DNA of 64,000 nucleotides from Plasmodiophora brassicae (Eukaryota): NCBI GenBank assembly GCA_036867785.1, contig CP145409.1, positions 1,674,001 to 1,738,000 of the forward strand, read 5' to 3'. Shown piece by piece: positions 23,918 to 33,795 of this stretch (position 1 is its first letter; each line of letters starts with the position of its first letter). The notes under the pieces were generated by a model. It saw only the letters and a program-made list of their open reading frames with translations, ran no database searches and was not told where the DNA came from. The position numbers and the translations under genes were made by a program.

Positions 23918-26840
23918 TTACCAATTATTAAAGAAGTCCTCCTCAAATTTCGTTTGGGCAGACGCGTTACCTCTGCCTGCACCACCAAGCTTCATCGGCG
24001 GCGCGTTCCGTCTTGCAGAAGCGGAGGTGGCGGGTGCCTGACTTTCGGTCAGCCGCAGAAATGCCAACCTAACGCTAGCGAGGCGTACCCGTTTAGGATC
24101 GGCGGGCTGTGGTCGATGCGCGGATACAGGAGCCGATGTTCGCCCCGTTGACTGCTGGCCGGACAATGAAAGCGGAGGCGGAAGACTGGCGGCGGCGGTT
24201 GTTGTCGTGGTCGGTGGTGACAATGGCTGCAGCGCGAAGTTGTCACTAAGCCAGTCGTCATCCCAGCCGGCTGCGGTTGCTGGCGCCGAAGGCTGCAATG
24301 ACAGATGCCCAAATATGTCATCAGCGCCAGACGATGCAGCAGGCGGATTCATGTCGGGAATAGAATACAATGACAGGCCTGCGTCTGACGGGTCTCGTTT
24401 CGAAGTCAATGACAACGCAGCCTCCACAACGATGTCAGGGCACTGCAAGCGGACAGAACGAAGACGGGGACCAACCGTAAGTTGATCGTGCGCACCATCG
24501 TCCCAATCGTCGGAGATCGGGATCGATTCAGTAATAGCCGGAGCCGACGCACGTGGCGGCTGATATGTGGCAGTTGATGATGGCCCAGCTTTGGAAGACG
24601 GTACAGACTGGGTGCTGCTGACAGAGCTGCGCTTCGCGCTGCTATTCCCTCCTTCACCGGCTGCTGACAACAGCTTGCTGCTGATGGAACTGACAGCCCA
24701 TCCGGTCAGCTTGCCAGCAAGCGCACTGGCTCCCGCGAGATCGGTCGGCATCGCCACTAGCACTTGTCTGTTAGACAGGAACAGTGCAGAGCACAATATG
24801 CGAATGACCTTGTGGGGCGCCGCCTTCAGACTTTCCAGCCCGACCCTGGGATTCTGCAGCCGCATCACCCATGCCAGACGAAAGCTCCTCGATCTGGTCC
24901 ACTAGTGAGCGTATTGTTTGTCTTGCTTGTGTTCTAACCTGTTCACGTGTGAATCAGCATCGATGATGGATGCACGTTGGCGCAAAAGTACACTGAGAGC
25001 GGGATCGATCATCAAGGGGCATATCGATGGAATGATTGACTTCACCAAATCCTCCAGCTTGAACAGGTTGGATGTTGCCTGAAGCGCAGACAGCGCCGCC
25101 TCGCGCGACGGAACGAAAGGATCCCTACGACTCTTTCGTTAGACTACAGAGCAAGAGCGCCATTTGCAGCAATACCTCAACGCCAACGCAATCGTGGGCG
25201 CTAGAATTCGTGCCTGAGAAGTTGCAGACAAATAGGGAACGACTTTGCCTACAGCAATAACCGTGTTCGTCCGAATACCGGCAACGGGATCACGTTGCAT
25301 TCTGGATATCACAGGCATTGCTGAAATCTGAATGGTCTTGTCTCGAAGCTTCGGTAAGATGTACAGTAAGGACTTGACAGTTGCTTCTCGCAGTCGTGGC
25401 TCAGTGTCGGTGAAACCGGTGACAATATGGGGCCACAGAGCATCGTTGACGACCGCATCAGAGACATGCATGATGTAATCAGGCAATGCCTTCAGTAGAG
25501 CGGCACGAACGGCTCTGTCATTGCTCGCGAACTGCTTGACCAGGCAGGGCTGGACAACAGAGACAAACTCATCGACAGGCAGTTTGGCGCCAATGCTAAG
25601 TGTGGCGGTAAGGACACGAGAGGCAGAGGCAGCAACGCCGCCGTATTCAAGAGCAGTCAAGAGACTAGGTAGCACTCGGTATCTCGACAGCGACTCGGGA
25701 AGCGACTCCAGGCGGTCCTGAATGTCACGGAAGAACACTTCTTTCTCAGACGCGTTCTTAATAGCCAGCTGATCCAGAAAATCGACCGTCTTCACGATAT
25801 CGTTATCAAAGTACTTGGACGTTGCTAAAAGCTGGCTAGCCTGCAGTCGATTCACAGACGCAGTTGCAAGCAGCCTAAATCAGGGTCAGTTACACAGCAG
25901 AGAAATGACACAAAGCATACCGTTTGTAGTGCTGGATTAGAGAAGCAGGAATGTTGATTGTGTTGCCGAGCTGTTGAGGCTGCGACAGAACACCATTGAA
26001 CAGTTCAAATATGAGGCAACCCAGACACCATGAGTCTGCAAGACGTCATTAACAACACCGATACGTGTCGGGTCCAAAGATGGTTACCGATGGCATGGAC
26101 AGGCAAGGACGCGAGGGACCCACTCGACTTTGCAATATCAGGCGGGATATACCCAGAAGGAAGGTACGCCTTCAGACTATATTGGTCCAGCGTGCGAAGA
26201 CCATCTGCGTCAGAAACGATATCCATGCCGCCCAACTTCCAATCCCCAGATCTTGTCACGAAGACTGAATAGGACGACAGTGCGCTGTGCGACATCTTGC
26301 AATCATTGTTGATAAACGACACGGCCGACTATCAGCACCATTAGGGATGCGAGAGAGAGCATATGAGTACAGGCACCAAACAACGTACGGCGATTTGGTA
26401 CAGACCCAGCGGGATCATCCTTGGGTCGCCATCGAACCCATTACTGCCGATGACGACAGGAGAAACTCGTTCGGTGACTATGAATATATTCTCGGGCACC
26501 TGTGCCATGCATTAGATGGAAGGTCACTTCGTATTGCGAATGCGATCAGCCTACTTCGGTTGAGTCGATGAATCGAAGAATATGCGGGTACCTGAGCGTT
26601 TTCAAGCGCATAACACATCTAGTCGCATTGTGGATCATCTGCGGCGACGACGATTTCTTGTCGAACACGAACACGGATACCTCCTCGTTGTCCGACTACA
26701 CGCATGCTCAGGATCCACAATGCCGAGCGGGCAGACGATTACCGGCGCACCTTCCGGGACCCATCGTGCAGCGCCCAGCCGAGATGTGTGCCGCGCAGGT
26801 CGCCCAGTTTGTAAGGGAACGACGAGTTCACGGCTCCCAT
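23918..26840 (-). CDS. SCYL1: SCY1-like pseudokinase with HEAT repeats (SCYL1/CEX1 family), multi-exon
   Basis: KRLKTLRYPHILRFIDS, LSFINNDCKMSH..VFVTRSGDWKLGG; HEAT region LVKQFASNDRAVR, GFTDTEPRLREATVKS, GIRTNTVIAVGK; tail with DDW motifs ending EDFFNNW. Confidence 0.88.
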
Positions 26841-27000
26841 TGGACCAGCGGGCAACGCGCTCTGCGAGCGCCAAGGCGTTCAGCAGAGAGGTCCTGGCGA
26901 AAATATCGAATTTGGCCGGACGCCTGTCCAGATTTTGGCAACTCTTTTTTGACTGCGACCTCCCGAACTGCGGCGACTTGCCAATATCCCTACTCCGTGT

Positions 27001-27022
27001 AAACCGTAATATATTACGGTTT
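27001..27022. repeat. 22-bp perfect palindrome AAACCGTAATATATTACGGTTT, copy 1
   Basis: Self-complementary; separated by 1 bp from the left TIR. Confidence 0.97.
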
Positions 27023-27063
27023 AGCCGAAAATAGCTCTGCGAGGTCCTGGTTGTAGATCGGCT

Positions 27064-27085
27064 AAACCGTAATATATTACGGTTT
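27064..27085. repeat. 22-bp palindrome, copy 2
   Basis: Identical 22-mer that extends to 26 bp (CT..AG). With copy 1 it forms a larger inverted repeat through the AGCCGA/TCGGCT flanks. Confidence 0.97.
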
Positions 27086-27217
27086 AGAGGGGTGCTGCCT
27101 GTGTCTCTTTGGGGTACTCGTCATGCTCGAAACTGATGGTGGTGAACTGTAAAAATAGGAACGAACATCCAGGCCAACAACTTCAATTTTTGGGCCACCA
27201 CAGCCAGAGCTGTTGCC

Positions 27218-28520
27218 ATGGCGCCGGCGTCGAGCAGTGCGAGCGCTCGTAAGTCAGTTCAAGCAGCAGTTACGAAGCGGTTCAACGGGACCAATGGGTG
27301 GAATATCCCGAGCGATCCGCCACGCTTCGAGTTGTTGATGGAAGACTACTTCGTGTCGGCCGTTTTCAAGCAGCGCCTCGCGGATCACTCAAAGGCCACC
27401 ACCGCCAGGATCGATCAGGCGCTGCAAGTACGGCGCCTCGCTGTTCGGAACGAGGGCGCTGCCCTCCAAACTGTTCCGGACGCTGGTCAACCATCTCCGG
27501 GCGTTCGAGACGGTCGGGCGGTCCGGCTCCTGTGACATTAATAATTACGTTCCTGGACACCACAGACTATACTCCAACTATCGATTTCTTGAGCAAGCGA
27601 TTGTCGCCGCTTCGCGGAAACTGTTCGTCAAGGAGAACACCTGGTTAGTCCTCGACGACGAGATCGTTGCGTCGACAAGGCAACTTTCGATGTCAATAAG
27701 TTGAGGTACCCACGAAACAGCCTTCCATTCGAGGTCAAGTACGTCATCCACCTGCTCTTCCAAGCCTGCGGGTTGGACACCTGTATTGCTTTCAGGTAGT
27801 CACGTGCTCTCAGTCTTGTTTACCACTGTTGACTGAATGAATATTCCAAGGTACTGGAAATGCAGACACGACCTTCAGGACGAGAAGACGGCCTTGTCGA
27901 CTTTCAAAGCGTTACGCCGAGACCTTGTTTCAGAGGAGACCATAGAAGACTTCGTGATCCAGGCCGGCCGAGACATTCTCAACGAGGCTGTCGACGTTCC
28001 TAGGTGTACTTGCAGAGAGAAGCGTCGTTCAAAATCTCGGGGACCTCATCCCCAAGATACCTCGACGTAATGCTCTTTCCGTCTTTAGGACCGATGAAGG
28101 CTGGACGATCAGGTAGGTAACATCCCAAACGTGGTTGACATTGTGTTCTGATTCCGCAATTGCACAGGAGTTCCGCCCATCACCCGATGGAGAAGCTGAT
28201 CCAAGATCCGGAAACGAACGAGCGTCTTAAGCGAAGTGTTCGAGGCTGCGTCTTGTGTGTCCGCGAGACAAACCATTACTGCTATACGCGTAAACAGTTC
28301 GTACTGCTCCTGTCGGAAGCGACCATCGTGCGTGCTGCGACTTCCATGCTCTGCGCCACTTGCCGATGAAGAAGCGGTCGGTCCCAAAGCGGGCGTACAG
28401 TATGAAAGAAGACGAAGAGGAGCAACGCTCACAACGCGCCATAGAAATTGTCGCTTCGAAGAAGACATCTGGCATTGCCTCGCCTGCCGCCCATTCTGAT
28501 GGCAACGGTGGTCCCGAGTT
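27218..28520 (+). pseudogene. Degenerate piggyBac-family transposase (N-terminal part to first catalytic Asp, deletion, C-terminal Cys-rich domain)
   Basis: Fragments in shifting frames: LPSKLFRTLVNHLRAF (cf. Ms..RF..i...Lrf), SRKLFVKENTWLVLDDEIVAS (cf. l.iDE.m), LDTCIAFR/YWK..FKALRRDL..DFVIQAGRDIL, and H..RGCVLCVRETNHYCYT (cf. CRD). Stops and frameshifts are present. Confidence 0.65.
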
Positions 28521-28806
28521 GAATGCTGGTGCCGCCAAGCGTGGCCGGGGACGGCCGCGAAAGCGTCGCGATGACACCATTGAATCACAGGTTGTCTCAC
28601 ATGGCATTCTGCTTTGCAGTTTCTACTGAGTCATTGACCTACTGCTGGCGTCGCTCAGGTTCAGGAGGATACCAGGTGTGCAATCAGAGTGAAACCCCAA
28701 TCGCGCTCCGAACGCGCTCTGCCGCTCACGGGGATCATAACTGAATTTTACACACAGACATCACTGTCGCTAAGAACGTAACTGGCTTTCCACAAATTTT
28801 CATTTC

Positions 28807-28828
28807 AAACCGTAATATATTACGGTTT
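28807..28828. repeat. 22-bp palindrome, copy 3
   Basis: Identical AAACCGTAATATATTACGGTTT. Confidence 0.97.
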
Positions 28829-29000
28829 GCGCAGGTCCACCGGACTTGTGAGGGAGCTTGTAAAAAATGTCGTGCGATGAGGACGAACGATCAGTCCTTG
28901 CCGTCTTCGCCAAAATTCATTGGCCGGCAGGTCCTGTCGAACTGTACAGCTAGACGAATTTTCGGATCCTTTATAAAATTATGGAGACAGGCCAAAGTCT

Positions 29001-29020
29001 AAACCGTAATATATTACGGT
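29001..29020. repeat. Palindrome copy 4 (20 of 22 bp)
   Basis: AAACCGTAATATATTACGGT, 6 bp inside the right TIR. Confidence 0.95.
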
Positions 29021-29043
29021 GAAGCCCACGGAGTAGGGATATA

Positions 29044-30293
29044 ATGCCGAATGCCGCCCAGGCGAGTACCGCGTTGTCGTGGTATTGCTGGGGGTCGCTG
29101 TCAACGATTGAGTGCGGCGTTGACGATGCTGTTGAGCCGCGACGATGGACGGGGTTAGAAGACGCTGATGTAGTGCAGTGCGGTGGGACGCATTGTCTGG
29201 CGGTCCGCAGCGGGCAGGTGCACGCCTGGGGCGCCAATTCGCATGGGCAATGCGGCGCGGAGCGGGACAACAGGATTCATCCGCCGACGACGGTTCAGTT
29301 CGCGGTTCCTGTGGAAACCGTTGCCTGCGGCTGGTGGCATTCCTTGGTTCTCACACGTGACGGCCGAGTTGCATCGTGGGGTCATCCGGAACAAATCGGC
29401 CGTGATGGGGACCCGTTCCAGTGCCAACTGATTCCCGATATCTGCCAAGTTCGTCAGATATCGTGTGGTTTCAGACATAGCATTGCAGTTGCCAATGATG
29501 GATCCGTGTATGCCTGGGGACAAAACAAATTGTACGTCGTCCAACCGATTATCCAGCGTCCTCCCAAGGATCAATGGGTGTCCCTGCAGTGGCCAACTAG
29601 GAATTGCTCCAAGCAAGACCATGGTGGCGAGGCCTGTACGTTCAGCGTCCATCGATGCCCGTTTCGCCAGTTGTGGACTACGCCACTCAGTGGTACTGAC
29701 AGGTTTATCTGTCCATTGCTTGTCGTCATGTGGGATGCTGATCGTTGCTAAGGAAGTGGAGCCGTGATATCTGCCGGGGAGAATCGCTATGGCCAGCTTG
29801 GTAGAAACACCTCCGCGTCGTTTTGCAGCGAATGGCGCCCAACAGATATGGACGGCCGGCAGACGATTGTCGACGTTCGTTCTGGTTGGTCGCACGTCAT
29901 CGCGCTGACAAGCGTGGGGTCCGTGCTTGCATGGGGTCGATCAGGTCAGGCCGACGCCGTTTGGTTTTGTATTCGTCATCGTTAACCAATGCGCGACTAG
30001 ACTTTGGCCAACTGGGTACGCCACAGGGCGGGCCCGCCCCTCGGATCGTTCCAGTTCCGGAGCGCGTTCGAAGTATTTGCTGTGGATCAGAGCATTCGTT
30101 GTGCCTTGGCGAGACAAGGCTCTGGGCCTTCGGTTGGAATGAGCACGGCAATTTGGGCACGGGGTGCACGAATAACAGTTTCGAACCAGTTCCTGTTGGG
30201 CGCCTGCCTTCTGGGGAAATCGTCTGCGTTACAGCCGGAGGCGCGATCTCGTTCACTTGTGTGAGACGGATTAACGTGGACGCCGCTTCTTGA
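29044..30293 (+). CDS. RCC1-repeat beta-propeller protein (SERGEF/ATS1-like), spliced
   Basis: Repeats CGGTHCLA..AWGANSHGQCG, CGWWHSL, CGFRHSIA..AWGQN, GENRYGQLG, SGWSHVIA and CGSEHSL..FGWNEHGNLG. Confidence 0.88.
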
Positions 30294-30305
30294 ATGAACG
30301 GTCTT

Positions 30306-32206
30306 TCATAACTCTTCGCGAATTGTTAACGGATCCCACACCGACATTCGCTGGGATTCGATGCCGTCTCCGCATCGATGCTCGTCAAGGTGCTTCTTGA
30401 ACTCGAACTCGGATTTACATCGATCGCAAAGGAAAGGGCCATGAAACCATGCGTGTTCCAGGGCATCTTGAGCGGTTATCCGAGACGTAGGTCTCCATTG
30501 TAACAAACGCTGTACACCATCAGCCGCAATTCTGGAATACACCGTCGATGTTCCACTTACCCTAACCAGGCGTATGAAATTCGCTGAAGGTGCACCGATT
30601 CCGATTGGATCCAACGTGGCAAGAAGCGCTTGAAAATCGGCGTTACTACAGGCTTGTGCATTGTCCAGGCCTCTCATGTCAAGAGGTCTACCATCGCGAC
30701 GCGGATCGTAGATGCAATACTCAAAGAATGCGCGAAACTTGACAGCCAGTGATCGCGTGTCCTCCGATTCTCCCTCTGTCCAATGAATGTCACGGGTCGA
30801 CGTAGGATTGCCGAATCCCTCGGGAATCCTCACCAAGGAACCGGTCGATAATGGCTCTCGTTCGCTGCCTGACCCGAAACACATCCGAGGTCCCGAGTAC
30901 CATTTCCAGCAACAACACACCGATTGACCTATGTAGGAGACCGGTCAGATATTGAAGACTGATAATCGAACGATGGTCACCATAGATCATAGGTTGTTGG
31001 CGCGTGGAGAGCATATGGGTTTTGGCTGAACAGCACCTCGGGAGGCGCATAGTCAAGGGTTTCCTCCTCTTTCGACGGTCCATAGATTGGGTAGTATCGC
31101 TTCAGCGACGCATAGTCGACAGCGCTACCGAAATCCCCAAGAGTCAAGTATTCCGCGTTTCGTTGATGCCGTGCAGCGCCCTGAGTTCGCGCTCGGCTCA
31201 GCAGGATGTTGCTGGGCTTCACATCTCTGTGGGTCACTGCGCAGATGGTCAGTCCTGCTGGGAGGACAAGCACGCGAAGGTTCCACCAACCGCTCTTGTC
31301 GTGGCATTCGGCAACGGCTTGCAGCACCTGGTATGCGATTGACTGCATAGTTGTCCAGAGCGGATTCGACTCAACTGGAAACCATCATAAGGGCATCGTC
31401 AGTTCAGCGCGACAAACCATCGTTACCTTCCTTCTCGAGTTTCATTTGGCGCCACTCGGCACTGGGATGGACAACGCCATCGTGGATATCATACAGCATT
31501 CTATACAAGGACCGACCCTCGTGGTGGAACACACACCAGTAGTCGCCCTGTTGCCAAGTGCAACATCAGATATCGTGCCACAAGCTTCATGGAAATCTTA
31601 CTCCTTCAGTAAAGCATTCTTCGAAACGAGCAATATGGGCTGAACCCTACAACATGAACTCCGGTCATAAAGGGTCCTTTCTATGATCCGTTCAGATCAC
31701 CTTCAACAGGCGGCCGAAGTACTCCTCCCGGAGTGCACTGAACTGGCGACCGTCGCCCGGAAGGAATCTCTTCAGAACGAATAGTTCTAAATTCGCTAGG
31801 TCGTCTTGAATAAACTGTACCGGACATCATGTTGTGTTCACCGCAGCGGTTCAGTATCCCGCCAGACCTCATCAGAATTGCTGGCCAACAACGTATGCGT
31901 GAAGTGCGACGCGCCCTTTGATGTCGACGAAGATCTAATGCGAATAGCGGTCCACACCTCCCCGAATCCCCCTTTGGCAAACTGGCGATGGATCTCGTAC
32001 TCGAACAGCAGCTCCGCTATCCGGACCGATGGTTTGAAGACGAGCGCTCGCGATCGACCGGGTTCCGATCGCGCCAGGCGCTCATGCAACACGAACTGGT
32101 TAGCGATGACGTTCCCGGTAGCAGCATCGACTAGCGCCTTCGTGTCATCGTTACGGTCCGCGGACGCCACCGCGAACACCCAGACCGAAATCAGCACCGC
32201 CAACAT
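30306..32206 (-). CDS. Ser/Thr protein kinase with predicted signal peptide and C-terminal zinc-finger-like motif (multi-exon)
   Basis: N-terminus MLAVLISVWVFAVASA; kinase motifs KGGFGEVW, HRDVKPSN, LGDFG, TLDYAPPE, YDLW/SIGVLLLEMVLG, RITAQDALEHAWF; tail CDRC..FKKHLDEHRC. Confidence 0.85.
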
Positions 32207-32333
32207 GTCGCGAAGCGACGCTTCGGAAGAGTGGCACGCGTGGACGTTTTTGCAATGTCCCCTTACCTCTCACGCCTGTGAATTGAAGCTGCGTCATTTA
32301 TCACAAAGAGGGAGTATGGAAGGACGTGCGACG

Positions 32334-33587
32334 CTAATGGAATATCAGTTCGTGGTCCCAGAGCAGGTCAGCCCGTCCTGTCTTGATGACAAACATGTTC
32401 GTAAAGAACGCATAGTACGCGATGCTGTAGGCTGCGAGCAGGTGGTTAGAAACGGCAACAGGTGCGGCACGGATCAGGCGCTGGACCTAGGTGCCACCAC
32501 ATGTGCGAGTGCCCGAAAAGGTCAAACCGGTGTGGGACGAGCCGTTCGGGGATCTTGAGAACGTGTATCACTGCGCCTGCAATGAGCAGGAAGAGGAACA
32601 GATCACCTGTGGGTATAGCACACGTGGTCAGAGGGGTGGGAAATGTTCGACATCCGTCCGTGGCAAACCTCTAGGCGTCTTCGGCGTATGCAGAATATGG
32701 GTTGGAATAACGAATATAATGACGCAGATGATGTTGACCCCCTGGAGCCACAAAAGCCCGTCCCGGCCATCCATTACCCTGGGTCGTTCGTGTTTAAGCA
32801 CCCGCTCAGCTTCATAAAGTTGCCTGCCAGCTGACCGGTAGACTGCACAGAACGCTGATGTTGCAGCAATTGCACAAACAACAAGGATGAATTCCGCCTG
32901 CCAGGACAGATTCGTTAACTGGAATCCGTAATACTGGAGACACAGGGACAGTGCCATAATGGCGAGGTTGATCCCTGTCAACAACGATTAGATGCTGATG
33001 AGGAACCGAGCTGTAGGGCACGTTTACCGATCAGATCCCCGGCTGACCAAATGCTGTAGTGATGTGGAATGGATAGGAATGCATGGTAACCGGCGACGAT
33101 CAGCGCATTGCAGGCGAATAACGCAATGGACATGTAGAGTCCATTGGGATTGAAACCATCTATCGAAGGCATCGACGCGAGGTTCAAGACCAGCAGCGCA
33201 CTTCAAGCATCGATGAGGACGCGGTCGGATGATATGGCACTTATTGGGGTCACCTTGGAGCGAATCCAACAATGGCGCTGATGATATTCATTGTCTCGTT
33301 GTCAAACGTGTGCAGGTCTGCAAGCTTGTGCCAGTAGCCCTCGTGGATACTGAACCCACGAGCGATATACCTGTCCGTGTGTGTTGGCGACAGTTCTGTA
33401 AGACGTGGTCGTCTTCTGGGGCTGACCTATTCTTCGCAACGTGAGGTGGCCACTTGCGGGTAGATTCCGCTCTCTGCTTGTGAGTTGGCGACGTGTCTGT
33501 TGACGTTCGCACTTCAACGATCCCGCCATCTGCCGCGAAGAACATCCGAGTATGCGACCGCGGCGATGGTGACCGCTCCCCGTCCAT
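32334..33587 (-). CDS. PAQR / adiponectin-receptor (HlyIII) family membrane protein (multi-exon)
   Basis: Exon translations TFDNETMNIISA and KIPERLVPHRFDLFGHSHMWWHL match the PAQR signatures NET.NI and PER..P..FD..g.SH..wH. Multiple TM segments; ends approximate. Confidence 0.75.
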
Positions 33588-33795
33588 CCCGTGCTTCTTC
33601 ATCACAGTATCCAGTGCCAACAACAACAGCCACACGTACACACCTACTGGAACGATATACCTCCAACAGTCTTCGTGTCGATCCGAAGAGTACCCGATCC
33701 GACATTCAGTTTGAATCTGATCCAGACAGAAGTCTGGATCAACTCTTTGATGGGGACGGTTCACCCAAGCTGGATCACAGATCGTGCATATAAGT

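Larger units (their letters stand above)
26988..29038 (+). mobile_element. piggyBac-like DNA transposon, non-autonomous deletion derivative (2051 bp), ATAT target-site duplication
   Basis: Perfect 12-bp TIRs CCCTACTCCGTG (26988-26999) and CACGGAGTAGGG (29027-29038), flanked by ATAT on both sides (26984-26987, 29039-29042). Contains subterminal palindromes and a transposase remnant. Confidence 0.85.

Noticed and set aside
26984-26999. Reading the ends as 16-bp TIRs, or as a Tc1/mariner element with TA duplication
   Set aside because: ATAT is self-complementary, so the reading is formally ambiguous, but CCCT termini and piggyBac-like protein remnants favour 12-bp TIR + ATAT.
27001-29020. Repeated 22-bp palindromes as a CRISPR array or recombinase (lox/dif-like) sites
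   Set aside because: Only four copies with irregular spacing (63, ~1740 and 194 bp) and no cas or recombinase gene. They are better explained as subterminal repeats inside TIRs.
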